Origin: Lama glama
Taxonomy: Eukaryota
Direction: 5' to 3'
Assembly: GCA_028534125.1 (NCBI GenBank)
Contig: CM052816.1
Location: forward strand, 52,702,001 to 52,766,000
Length of the DNA: 64,000 nucleotides
Made by a program: the position numbers and the translations under genes. Positions 51,521-64,000 of this stretch are shown here, piece by piece. Each line of letters begins with the position of its first letter. Position 1 is the stretch's first letter. Under the pieces are notes generated by a model. That model made no database searches, was not told the DNA's origin, and was given only the letters and a program-made list of their open reading frames with translations.

Positions 51521-54059
51521 GTCCCTTGTCTTCCTTGGCCCTGATCCACTCAGCCGCCAGGTATATGCACTAAACTTGAACCACAACACAGTTCAGATAT
51601 CCTACCGTCTTTATTGAAATGATCGAGAAGTATGGAACTATTGCTTAAGCATCAAATATGATGGTGACACATCTCTCCAAATACTTAAAGATAAAATTTT
51701 AAATCATCTCATGAAACAAGCTGTGGTTCTTGGGCAAGTCAATTAATCTGGTGCTTCTTAAACCAGGACATGATGGTGCTAAGTGTTACAAAAAGCCCCA
51801 CGATAAAAAGAGTGTATCTTCTAGTAGTATACAGCTTCTTTGAAGATCAGGAGGCACTGTTTTGTATTAGTTCAAATGCAAACATATTCTACTGTGACGG
51901 GCCAGTCTGGACTCTGACAGCTCATTCTTCTCGGCTGTTAGCCCATCTGTGAAATGCACGGTTTGGTTTCCGTGACCTCTAAAGTCTTTTCACACTCCAA
52001 TGCGCAATGATTTTTTTTTTCCTAACTAGTTGACATCCTCATCTTTTCCCTCTAGATCTCAGAGAGAGGTCATTTTCCCTATTTCTGTAAGGTCACCTTC
52101 TTTAATTCATATTCCGGCTGTTGGCAGCTCTTCACCCAGTTCTCAGATCCCTTTAAGCATGAGGTGGGGCCTCTCACCCTCCGTCCCTGCAGCACTCGCT
52201 CAGCCAGAGTTTCTTCTGTTCTCCCTCCATCCATCTTTTCTAGTTTGTCACCTTCCTCATCCTTAATTTTAAAAAGCAAGAGTGAGTGAGGCAATAAAGA
52301 CAGAGTAGCCCTTTCTTCTGGGAAGGGAGACTTCCATCCTCCATTTGACTTTTCCCTCAATTACTGCTGGTTTGACAGTTTTTTTCTTTTATTCTGAGAA
52401 GTCCTCATTTTGAGTTTGAATTATTTTGCATTCAGTGACTTTTCAGCTTTTGATTTAACCTTTAACCACTTTGCCTGTCAGCCTCCCATCCTTTTCCTCC
52501 AAAATGCTATAGGAGAGCAGAAAGGAGTCCTCCCCACTTAAAGTCATAACATCACTTAGAGTAGAATTTTGCTGAAACTTGAACCAAAATTTGATTGGTT
52601 TCATCAGGCAAGGAGGCAGCGATATAAGCCTGATGTTGCTAAGTGAGTTCATGATCTGCATTTTTCCCAACTTCTGATGAAATCAATACACACACACGTG
52701 CATGCACACATACACGCACTCCTAAGAACTGTATGTTTAGGGATTTGGCTGGAGATTGGAAAATTCTGCCATGAATGGAACACTGGTTTAAGACAGGAAG
52801 CAAAGGATAGGGATAAGTAAATTGATCTCTCAATGGAAAAGGAACCACGGTGGAGTTTCTAGGAATCATTGCAAGAGAATTCTTATTTAAATTTTAAAAA
52901 TTAAATGTAGAGTAAGAAACACTCATGAAACCTCCAGTTTTTGGAAGTCTTTTCAGGTTACTAAATGGTAATCTGATCAGGGCAAACCACAGAATGGTCT
53001 CTCAATGATAGGCGAATGGGCAAGAACCTTGAGAAAAGTGCAGTGTGGAAAAGTATTCCGTTACATATTTAGGGAGGAAGAATTTAAATTATACTTATAA
53101 AATAATAATATCTGAATTTTCTACTACATCCCACTAAGTATACAACATCGTAAGGAAATGCAAATTAAAACCACAATGAGATAACTCAGTACATGCACTA
53201 CCCTAGTCAACGTGGAACCTAGGAGTCATTGTAAGTTTATTAAAGAAATTAACCTGCTTCAATTGCTGGGGCCAAAGCTAGAGTGAATGGTTTTGTATAT
53301 TCAATGAGGATGTTGGAAGCCGAAGTGTGCATACAATAATGACAATACCAGTAAGGGGGAGACAAGCTGCTCTTTATATGCCTCCTCATGTGCCAAGCAC
53401 AGATAGATGCCAAAGAAAGCACACTAGGAACTGAAACAATGGGATTAAAAAAAAACACCAATTATTTGAAGTTTCTGGATAGGGGTGAAAAACAGAAAAA
53501 TCAAGACTTCTCGGTTTAGAGAGAAAGGCTAAATGGAGTCTGGTTAAAGTTTGTAAAACTCTGATAGCACTAACTCCGACTAACTCCAGTTGATCTAACA
53601 GTGTACTTACCAAGCAACCTTCCCACATGGGCTTGTTTATAGAAATAAAAGCATTGCTCCTGTGACACAACCGCTCCGGACCCTTGCCCTGTTCCAGCTT
53701 TGGGACTGACCAACTGCAGGAACAAGTTCAATCACTGATTTTTTTTTTAAGCGATGCTGCCCCATCATCTACAAAATGGATGAGGTCTGAGAGGAGGAAA
53801 TAGTTCTTTAAGTGCTTTGAACTCTTGAGAAGGAGTGTGCCATATACATGTGGGTAGAACTTAATGTAAGTTATCCTCCAAACAGGAGCACTTTTGAAAG
53901 CACTATTAATAATTAGGCTGGACAACAGGTATACATAGACCTATCATTCTGCACCGTCATTGTGAGCTAGGGCATGGACTTCAAATGCTAGCTCAAAGTC
54001 CAGAAGAAACATTTCCATTAGCCCACTGCAAAGTCAGAAAAACGAGGGTCCGAAGTAAG

Positions 54060-54960
54060 GAGTCTTTTTTTCAATTGTGAAATATTTCATGTACACCAAG
54101 GAAAATTTGCAATTTATGTATAAAGTATAAAGAATAAAATAACAGATGAAGTCACTGTAAATTCCTTCCCAATCACAGTCCTCTCCCTCTTTGCTAGATT
54201 TTATCATTATCCTGAATTTGTTTATCATTATCTTGAATCTGTGTTTATCATTCCCTTGCTTTTCTTTATAGAATTACTAAATATGTATGTGTCTCTAAAA
54301 ATATATTATTTAGTTTTGTAGGTTTTTTAAATATTATGTAAATGGAATAATCATTTGGTAGGTATTCTTACAGGATCATTTTTTTTTGGCCTAACATTTT
54401 ATGCATCTGGAAAAATACAGCATCACTTCTGCAATATTCTTACCAAAAAAGAACCACCTGAATACAATCATAAGGAAACATCAAGGAGACCCAAATTGAG
54501 GAATATTCTACAAAATAACTTGCCCATAATATTCCAAAAGGTCAAGATATGAAAGCCAAGAAATGACTGAGAAATTGTTCTAGACTGATGAAGACTAAAG
54601 AGACATAACTAAATGCAATGTGAGATTCGGAACTGTATACTTTTGCTATAGAGGACATTTTGGGGACAATTAATGAAACTTGAACGGGGGTCTGAGAATT
54701 AGTTGATAGCAATGTATCAATACTAATTTTCTGATTTTGGTAGTTGTACCATGATTATACAGGTTATTGTTCTTACTTGTAGAAAGTATAAATAAGAAAT
54801 TAATAGGATCTAATCTTTTTTCTAGCAGATATATAAATATCCCAGTACCATTTATTGAATAGGCCATCCTTTCCACACCGACATCATTGCTACTTCTATG
54901 GTATTTCAAGTTTCCATACATATTGGGTGACTATCTGGGCACTCAGTTTCCTTCCCCTGG
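54060..54960. mobile_element. Old reverse L1 3' fragment interrupted by a forward L1MC/L1MD-type 3' fragment (~54405-54790)
   Basis: ttatgtaaatggaataatcat and ccagtaccatttattgaatagg (reverse L1); aaggaaacatcaaggagacccaaattgaggaatattctacaaaataac and gactaaagagacataactaaatgcaa (forward). Confidence 0.7.
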
Positions 54961-55515
54961 CCTTTCTGTCTGTGCCTGAGCCCCCTTCATTTCTCCTGAA
55001 GCACATGTGGTATATAAAAAATTAAAATCTGTTTACATTCAATTTGTATCATGATGGGGCCACCAGTCTCTGAATTGCTTCCCCCAGCCCCTCCCCTTCC
55101 TTATATTCCACGTGCCAACCATCAAGAAACCACTTGCTTTCTGTTTCTCACACACACACCAAGCCTGTGAACCTGGGCTCCATTTTGGGAGGAGCAGCCC
55201 TGAGCCCTTATCTTCTCCACACACCTGGGCTCCTGCCTGTAGCGTTTTTAATTGTGATATCCCCATTGCTAGGTTCTGGATTCCCTCCAGGGCATTCCAT
55301 GCTTGTAAATAAAACACCAGAGATTTCTTTTCTCGGCATCTTTGGAAAGCACGACTCCTTTGGAAAGAAGTAGCCCTCAGCTAAAATAGTGCTCACCAAT
55401 GAGGGAAGCATGTGAGCGAGGAAAACAGATCATGAAGGCCTCTCCCACGTGGGAGCTGTTATGCCCCAGTGCACAGACGAGGTGCTTCCTTTTGGAGCCC
55501 TCTAACAGCCAAAGG

Positions 55516-55675
55516 CAGTGGCTCTCAAAGTGTGGTCTCCTGGTCAGCAGCAGCAGCACCACCTGGGAACTTCTTAAAAATGCATCTTCTCAGGACACAC
55601 CCCTGACCCAACTGAATCAGAAACTTTAGGAAGCCCCAGGTAATACTGATGCACTCAAGCCTGAGAACCACTAGC
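55516..55675 (+). mobile_element. MER5A MITE
   Basis: cagtggctctcaaagtgtggtc...cagcagcagcaccacctgggaactt...ctgaatcagaaact...ctgagaaccact. Confidence 0.85.
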
Positions 55676-56074
55676 CTAAGGGACCTTCAGCCTGGGAAGA
55701 GTCTCTTCCCCCAGCTCTTCGGGGTACAAAGGTGTGCTCAAAGGTATAAACTTATTTTCTGCAGCAAAGCCCCCAGAAGTCATCTGTCCACACAAGCATT
55801 AAATGACTCATTGTAGACGTCGTATCTTTTGAGCCAAGCTCAGATTTCTAAGCACCTGCTGGGAACCTTCTCCACAGATGTCTTCCTGGAACCTCAGATT
55901 CAGTGTTTCTTCTCCCTCAACCATTGCCAGCTCCTGTATACATGAATGGCATTATCATTCCCCAGCTTAGAAACTTTGATACGTTCTTCAAATCCTTCCT
56001 CATCCTCACTGTTCACATGCAGTTACCAAATCCTAGTGACATTCTAAATCTCCAGTGTCTCTGCTTCTCCACGT

Positions 56075-56245
56075 CTAAGGACTTGCTAGGTGTACTACTT
56101 TTTGCTAAGCCTTTTACATGTTACTTTATTTAGTTCCCCCAACAAACTATGAAAGGCAATTCTATTACTATCACCCCCATATTACAGAGAGGAAACTGAG
56201 GTTTAGAGAGATAGGGAAACTTCTCCTGATTCATCCAGCTATATT
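56075..56245 (-). mobile_element. MIR SINE
   Basis: cccccatattacagagaggaaactgaggtttagagag. Confidence 0.75.
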
Positions 56246-56774
56246 TCAAAGGTAGATCTTAAATTTATCTGAAACTGAAATCAAATTCTGGATTTAAACA
56301 CCCCTATCTCCTTTTCCCCAAAGGAGCTCTAAAATCATCATTACTCTCCTAGTGATAGTTTCTAACTGGTACCTGGCCTTGAATTAATCCTCAATAATGC
56401 CTTTGGGAGTCTTCCTAGGAAGAGTATGCATTCCAACACTCTAAAATCCTCCATGGGATTTCACTGCCTAAAGAATAATTCTAAACCCCCTAGTTCTGAA
56501 GATTTCCTACTCCACACCCAGGCTCCACCTTCCTTCTTAAGCTTGCCTCCCACTCCGTTCCTCCAACCTAAATCACACACTGCACTTTGCAACTGTTATT
56601 GCTCAGCTCCTTACCCAACCTGAAAGACCTTCAACCACCTAAGCAGCAGTGCCTACCACTCAGATTCTCCCACTGTTTCATGAGTTGGCAAATACAGGTC
56701 CCATCAGTGTGTAAGTTAAGGTGATAATTTTACAATAAAATTGAGAAGTAACTCCCTTGATGACCACATTGGGT

Positions 56775-57140
56775 ACATTGTATTATTTTCCACAAATATT
56801 CTGTACTACTCCCCGGGGGAGGATTATCATTTCCCGATACCACTGACAGCAGACGTGGCCATATGACTGACTTTGGTGGCTAGAAATGGAGCAGAAGAAC
56901 TCTGGATAACTTCCAAGCGGCAGTTTTAAGAGCTAATGGGTGGTTCACGTAACTCCTCCCCAGCAGGAAATAGCAATGTTCTAGTTAGAGCCTGCTGTAT
57001 CCGCCTGCGCCCCGGAGTAAAGATAAGCTGGGACTGAGCCACACTCAACCCACAATGGACATTCAGCAAAAGCAAGAAATAAAACTTTGGCTTATAAGCT
57101 ACAGAGCTTTCCAGGGTTTTGTTGTTGAGGCACTATCTCG
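56775..57140 (+). mobile_element. MLT1-type MaLR LTR
   Basis: gtggccatatgactgactttgg...agcaagaaataaaactttgg...gtttttgttgttgaggcac. Confidence 0.65.
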
Positions 57141-58299
57141 ACTAAAGAAAGAGGGCTTTTTTCCAATCTTCTTTGAATGGAACCAGTTAACCCTAGCCTG
57201 CATCCCCAACATCAGAAGCATTAGAACTGAGCCAATAGGGTGGGTGTGTTCTGTGTAATGAGAAGATGCCCCCCCCCCGGGCAAGTGCCTAGATACAACC
57301 TCAGGCTACCCCGACCACAATGTAGACCGGTAACCACTAGCCCACTGACCAGTGCCACACCCAGGAGATGACCACCATCTATGAAAATGTCCTAACAGAG
57401 GGGAGGGTGGAAGAAAGTGCTGCGTCTGTGCTCCCTGCTTCTAAGAGGCTTCTGCTTGAGAAGCCTCAGGGTCAAGAACTCAAAGCAGCTGGCTCAGGGG
57501 GCTCGCAGGTGGGAAGAAGTTGGTATGTATCCCTTCTTCAACCTGAGCCAGTACATCCCAGAGAGGTCAGGCTCAGAATACTGAGCAAGATGAAAGCCAG
57601 GGGACCAAGAGGAACCCCACACACACCTGTCTTGGTTGATGAGGGCACACAGACTGGGGTGAAGCTCAAGATAGACTGGAAGACTCCTCCTGGCTTATGT
57701 GCTGGCTTCCTTAGGATGCCCACCGTGCTCCTCACCTCTGACCCAGATCTCCTCTGCACTTTCTGTAATAACTAACTCAGGGCTGCCTGTGACGGCACTG
57801 AACTTGTTCCTGAAGGTCACTTCTGATGACACTTCCTCCACAAAGCCTCTCTTCTTCCGAATGTCAGCTTTCTCCTCATTCTGTAAAGTGGTGGGCACTG
57901 TGCCAGACTGACTGAATTCTACATCCCAGTGTCCACAGCAGTACCCTTGAGTAGTTACATTTATCATAATAGAGCAAGAACATCCCCCACACTCTCTCTT
58001 ACTGTTTAAACCTAGCATTGAGTGACCAAAGCCAATTTAACAAAGAATTCCAAATGAAGCATGACATTAGCTTTAAGCTTAGTTGCTAAGAGATGACCTC
58101 GTTATAATTTCAAAATCCAAAACCTCATATTAACCTCAGTGTAAACTTTGTACCCTTAAGAGAGAGAATCAATACCAAGACTCAAGCTTGTAATCAATAA
58201 TTAGCAAGTGATGAATAAGAATAATTGTATGTTAATCACTTTCTAAAAGTACATATCTTCTGATTCTAAACAAGTTTAGGTCCCACAATGCTGTGAATA

Positions 58300-58722
58300 C
58301 AGTAGCCTCGTCCCCCTTATCTGAGGGAAACACAGCCCAAGATCCCCAGTGCATGCCTGAACTGCAGACAGTGCTGAACCCTATGTATACCCTGCTTTTT
58401 CCTATACAGACATCCCTAAGGTAATATTCAGTTTATAAATTAGGCACAGTAGAATATCTGGCTTGCCAGCACCACTGCTCTTGCACTTTGGGCCATTATT
58501 AAGTAGAATAAATGTTACCTTGACTGTCGAGCTGATCATTGTCACGGGAGGGATGGTTCAGGACGGGACTAGATTTCACCATACTATGCAGGACGGCACT
58601 CAGTTAAAAATTTATGGATTGCTTATTTCTGGAATTTTCCATTTAGTATTTCCAGACTGCAGTTGACCGTGGGTAACTGAAACTGAAGAGAGCAAAACCG
58701 AGGATAAGGGGGAGACCACTAT
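58300..58722 (+). mobile_element. MER44 (Tigger7-derived) MITE with both ends
   Basis: TIRs cagtagcctcgtcccccttatc ... gataagggggagaccacta; internal gtttataaattaggcacagtag. Confidence 0.85.
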
Positions 58723-59024
58723 ATCCTTATCCCTAAACCACATACTTAAAAATGGTCAAGGTTGTAAATATATATTATGTGCTTTTAAACTAGAATTTTG
58801 AAAAAGTTAAAGTCCAGTTAGATCTATAGAATATGCTTGTAAGGTCTCAGCGCCTCTGAATCCCTGTAGGTGACTGGAGTAAGTCAGGCTGTAAGGAACT
58901 GCTATAGGCTAGAACCATACTGTAACTAAATGCAGTTCTGGATTTGCTTCCCCTATGTATTTATTTGCTCAGATCTCCTCAGTCACTCAACACAGCAAGG
59001 GTGCTCTAAGCCTCACAGCCTGTG

Positions 59025-59445
59025 CATGAGGTCCCGGAGCTGCCGTAACAAATTCCAGTACACTGCGACTTAAAATAATGGAGATTTATTCTCTCACAGT
59101 CTAGAGGCCAGAAGTTTGAAATCAAGGTGTTGGCAGGACCACGCTTCTCCCTAAACCTCTAGGGGAGAATTTCTCCTTGCCTCTTCCTAGCTCCTGATGG
59201 TTGCTGGTTGCCAGCAATCCTTGGCGTTCCTTGACTTACAGATGCTCCACTCCAGCTTCTGCCTGCATCCTCACATGGGCATCTTCCCTGGGAGTGAATC
59301 TCTTGTCTGCAAATCTCTCTCTCCACCCACTGGATTTAGAACCCACCCTATTTCAAAGACTCTTTTCCCAAATAAGGTCATGTTCATAGGTACCAGGCCT
59401 AGGACTTCAATATACTACTTTTGTGAGGCACAATTCAACCTACAA
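59025..59445 (-). mobile_element. MLT1 MaLR LTR (reverse)
   Basis: atttattctctcacagtctagaggccagaagtttgaaatcaaggtgttggcagg ... ccaaataaggtca ... ggcacaattcaacc. Confidence 0.88.
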
Positions 59446-60929
59446 TTGTCTGAAACATTTTTTTTCCTTCAAATTTCTTTGGCCAAGAGAAAAATCAGAG
59501 ATTTTTAAAAGGTACATGATGAAGAAAGTAAGTAAAAACAAACAACAGCGACAATGGCAACACAACGGAAAGTATAGTACCATGAAAACGGAGATGCTTA
59601 TTCAAAGACAGCCGAAGTCTGGCCACAGTCTGACTGGTCTGCCAGAGCACAGGAGGCTCCTCTGGGGACCCCTCCTCAGAGCATCCATTTCCATCTCTTT
59701 TAGGGCTCCATCCCTCACAGGCCTAGGTGCCTTCCTAGACCATCAGTGGTGGTGGGTGAGCCCCTCTTGGGAGGTACACACACCTCCTTGCCCCTCCAGG
59801 AACACACAGGCTGCCCTAATGCCTTCCTCAGTGATACGAGTAAGTTTCCTCCCCTGTGCTTGTAATTACTCCCCAAGCACCACTGTTTTAGATCCAGCAC
59901 ACACCATACACGGCCCTTCCTCTGGGGCAGACTTCTCTGGGTGGGCTCAGGAGTCAACCGCAGACCGACAAGTGCTGGGGGACTGCAGTGCTGGCGCTGC
60001 GGCTCAGGTTCCAGCCAGCCCTTCTTAGCCTTTCAAATCTGCTTGCAGAGACCCTGCTCCCGAACCTTAACGGATACAGTTTTTTGACTTGGTTCTGAAG
60101 AATAAATCCCCGCCTTTGTGAAGGTAAGTCAGAGCCCTCCCACTAAGCCCTGCATCACCATGGCAACTGAAGGCTCCTTCACTAACTCAGAAGGTTCTCG
60201 TTTCTGAAACTCTGCAGAAATAGCCACCGTGGCATCTTTGGCTCAGTCTGCTCTGGCCAAAGAGAGATGACGACAATTACTCTGCAGTCTTTCTAAGTCT
60301 TTCATAATCCCCTCAGGTGGGACTTCCACCTCCCCCGACTCTACTTGTCCTCTCCTCCATCTCTCCATGCCTTCCTCAGCTGTGAAGACAACACATGAAC
60401 AGTTGCGGGGTGCAGTACTTAGGAGCAGTTTTCTACCACCATCTCCCCCTCTCCTCCACCAGTCAAGTCCTACATCCCTCCAAAGCACCTTATTATCTCC
60501 ATTCCATTCCATTCCATTCCTGGGTCCTCCACAGCCTGTAGAAAAGAAAATGTCAACAGCGAAATAAAGGAAAAAAAGACTCTATGCATTGAAAAAGAAA
60601 GCAGGAATACTATGTTGAATATGAAATCTACCTGCCCCCATTACCTGCATTCTTAGCCGTGAGTACTAGAAATAAGCAGGCAGGCTTTTATGTTGACATC
60701 TTTTATTGTATCCCCAGACAGCCAATCTCACATTAGGGCAAGTAATTTCCAATCTGCTGAGTTCTCTTGTTATTAGGAAGGTAAATAGTAGAAAAAAATC
60801 AGTGAAGATTATGAGAGAAAAGTTAAATAAATATATTTGTATTTTGAAAGCAGTATTATCAGCTTCTCCACTGCAGAATTGTGGTACTTTAAAAGTGCAT
60901 TCTCCACACATTTCTTCAGGTTGTGTTTA

Positions 60930-62890
60930 ACTCTATGTTGATTTTGCAGTATCTATCCAAAGGCTTTAAAAATTTGTACATTTTAACCCTTAATTCCACT
61001 TCTAGGAACTTACTTAAAGAAAATAATGAGATGTATGTGCAAATATTTATGGACAAGGATATTCATTTTAGAATCATTTATAATAACCAAAAGTTAGAAG
61101 CAAATGTCCAGCATCCAAGTATTGGTTAAATAGATGATGCTGCATCATTATAACAGAATATTTAGCACATATGAAAAACTATATTCTTAATGAATATTTA
61201 TGGTATGAAGGAAAATATGTGTATACACACTCACATACATATACATACATCAGATGTGATTCTCTGGCTACTGGTAACAAAAAAGAACAATTTGAAATGG
61301 CTTAAGCATTTGTGACAAAGGGGACATTGCAGTGCACTGGGGAAGGGATGATCTTTCATGAAAGGGACTTGATCAATTTTTTTTCCATGAGGGAAAAACT
61401 GCGTTTTGAATTCTACCTTATGCCATACACAAAAAAATCGATATATATATATATATACACACATATAAAATACATATATATTACATATATAATACATATG
61501 TGTGAATCTATATATACATATATGTATATATATGTAATTAAATGTAAAAGCTAAAATAAAACAATAAAACTTTAAAAAAGAAACATATAAAAATATCTCC
61601 ATAGGGGCAGGGTAGACAAAGCTTTCTTAAATTGAACACAAAAACTAACCATAAAGAAAAAAAGATAAATTGAATTTTACTAAAATAAAAACTTTTGATT
61701 ATCAAAAATCATTAAGAGAGTGAAAAATTAAGCTACAAAATGGGAGGGAAGATGTTTGCAAAATATATACCCAACAAAGAACTCATATTCAGAATACATA
61801 CAGAAATTACATAAACAAGTTCATACTGTATAGCACAGGAAACTATATTCAATATCTTATAGTAATTATGGTGAAAAAGAATATGAAAATGAGTATACGT
61901 GTGTTCATGTATGACTGAAGCATTCTGCTGTACACCAGAAATTGACACAACATTGTAAACTGACTATACTTCAATAAAATATATATATAATCTACAAAAA
62001 AAGAATACATACATAAATTGAACAACAACAAAAGACAGACAAACAACACAATAGAAAAGTGGGCAAAAGGTCTGAACAGAAACTTAAAAAAAAGATGTCC
62101 AAATGGCCCATAAATCGATAAATATATACAAAAGTGTTCAACTTCTATAACCATCAGGGAAATGCAAATTTAAACCACAATGTGGTATCACTATATACTC
62201 AACAGAATGGTTAAAGAGAAATAGACAAATATTACCAAATGGTATCAAAGATATGAAACAACTGAAATGCTCACATAGTGCTGGTTGGAATGTAAACTGG
62301 AACTTAACTTTGGGAACACTTTGTCAGTATCTACTGAAGCTGAACGTAGGCGAGCCACAGTCCAACAATTCTGTTCCTTGGTATTTACCAACAGAAACTG
62401 TATACACATTCACTAAAAATAGGTACAAGAATGTTTATAGCAGTACCATTTGTAATAGCCCCAAACTGAAAACAATTCAAATGTCCACCAACAGCAGCAT
62501 AAACAAATAAATTGCAGTATATTTATAAGTTATACTACCATAAAGCAAAGAGAATGAACAAATGATGCTACACACAACAGCACAGATAAATCTCACAAAT
62601 ACAATGTTGAGCAGAAGAAGCCAGAAACAAACAAACAAAATACTGTGATTTCATTCTTACGAAGTTGCAAACCACACAAAAACCAATCTATGGTTACTTG
62701 CAGACACTGGTTACCTAAGGAAGTGGGAGCAACTGGAAATCACTTATTGTAACGTTTTTTCTTGATATACAAATATTACATAGCTACCCATGTATTACTA
62801 GCATACATATCTATATGTATATCAGCTTTGAAAAAGTTCATCATGCTGTAAACCTGTGGTGCATTTTTCTGAACGTATGTTAAACTCAAA
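60930..62890 (+). mobile_element. Old L1 ORF2 3' / 3' UTR fragments with a (TA)n-rich tract (~61440-61535)
   Basis: catcagggaaatgcaaatttaaaccacaatg, gctggttggaatgtaaactgg, gaatgtttatagcagtaccatttgtaatagcc. Confidence 0.85.
61803..62000 (+). mobile_element. Short younger L1 3'-terminal fragment nested in older L1
   Basis: ctgtatagcacaggaaactatattcaatatc...gtacaccagaaattgacacaacattgtaaactgactatacttcaataaaa; apparent TSD agaatacataca at 61791-61802 and 62002-62013. Confidence 0.85.
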
Positions 62891-62897
62891 AGAAAGA

Positions 62898-63150
62898 CTA
62901 GTGGCTTAAAGGCATAAAGGTTTATTTAACTCAGGCCTCAAAAAGTTTAGAGGTAGGCACTAGAGAGCTGGAATGTCGCCTCAACCATGTCGTTGAGGAT
63001 CCAGGTTCCCATCTCATGCTCCTTCATGCTTAGCATGTGAATTTCATCCTCAAGGCTGCAAGATGCCGGTGACACCTCTAGGCATTACATCTGCTATTGG
63101 GAAGGCAGAGGGCAAAAGGCCCAAAGCTAAAGAGCATACCAACCGGGTCT
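62898..63150 (-). mobile_element. Old MLT1-type LTR fragment (reverse)
   Basis: agtggcttaaa...gtttattt...tagaggtaggca...gatccaggttcc...ggctgcaagatg. Confidence 0.55.
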
Positions 63151-64000
63151 AGGTCTATGGTATCACAGATAGTGTTTATGTTAGTCATCATTTTCCATAG
63201 TTTCCAAAGTTCCACAGTGATATGTATTAAGGTTATTTTTAAAAAAGCTCTGTTCACTGAATGGGAATAAAGCAAAATCATTTTCTGATTTTGAACTTCA
63301 AGCCCCACAGAGGTAACTCACAAGGTTTCCCATTGGGCTGAATAATTGGAGATGTATGTCTATGCCTATAGGGGCAAAAAAGTAGCCCTGAACTTATTCT
63401 CGGGAGGGTGCAGAACAATGCACTGCTCCCTGATTCGCACGTTATACGGTGCCTGTAAAGACCTTGAGTGGGGGCCCATAAATGCTATTCTTTGGGAGCA
63501 GAGGTGTTTTTGACCTGAAATGACTTGGGGAAAATGGCAGCGTCCCACACAGCCAGGGTTTGGTGTGTAGGTGTCTGCCGCTGCTGTTCAACACTCAGAT
63601 GCATATTTTATCCATTTTCTGGAGCTCTGCAGGGGAGAACTTAGCTCAGAATAATTAAGGAGAAATGCAAATCAAGAAATAAGCTTGGTTATAGTTTAAT
63701 TCACTGAAAGAAGACAAAGTAAAAAGCAGTATAAATTATATTTCAACAGAGTTGATTTCCTGAAAAATACCATTGATCAACATTTTTTCTTAGGAAAATG
63801 ACCTCTGAAATGCTTGTGTTTTGAACGAGTCAAATTTATTCACCTTATCTGAGTGATCACTCTTGACCTTGAGGCTTCAACCCTTCACTCACCTCTAGTC
63901 ACTGAGAAAACCTGGTGACCAGCAAACAAGCTCCATGTGGAGCTTCTGCTTCAAGGACCCAAATATTATCCTCCCCCTGACTTATAATCCAAACACCATT

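Noticed and set aside
57695..58018. Protein-like minus-strand ORF (NEEKADIRKKRGFVEEVSSEVTF)
   Set aside because: The underlying DNA (gaggctttgtggaggaagtgtcatcagaagtgaccttcagga) resembles a LINE-2 segment, not a host exon.
59423..60028. 201-aa ORF
   Set aside because: Non-ATG start inside an MLT1 LTR and no recognisable homology.
1..64000. CRISPR arrays, operons or other prokaryotic systems
   Set aside because: The sequence is clearly mammalian and has no regularly spaced repeat-spacer structure.

Overview
Mammalian genomic DNA, most likely camelid judging from two tRNA-derived SINEs of the Vic-1/SINE1_VPa type. It is repeat-rich and apparently intergenic or intronic, with one 500-nt assembly gap (39067-39566). 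I recognise no host protein-coding gene. The ORF-track entries with recognisable homology are decayed transposon remnants (Tigger1 transposase, L1 ORF1/ORF2). The window is a mosaic of L1, L2, MIR, MaLR/ERV LTRs (MLT1, MER21, MER34-like) and DNA transposons (Tigger1, MER44, Tigger2-type MITE, MER5, MER3), often nested. Repeat family names come from recalled consensus sequences and boundaries are approximate unless a TSD or TIR fixes them. The best non-repeat signals are a CTCF site with its upstream module (~25.27 kb), a (GGTTTC)5 IRF/ISRE-like array inside a MER5 (~35.6 kb), an unexplained exact 32-bp direct repeat 1136 bp apart (48773/49909), a GC/CpG-enriched patch (~13.2-14.2 kb) and a few candidate non-coding exons. 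I found no convincing novel biological system.
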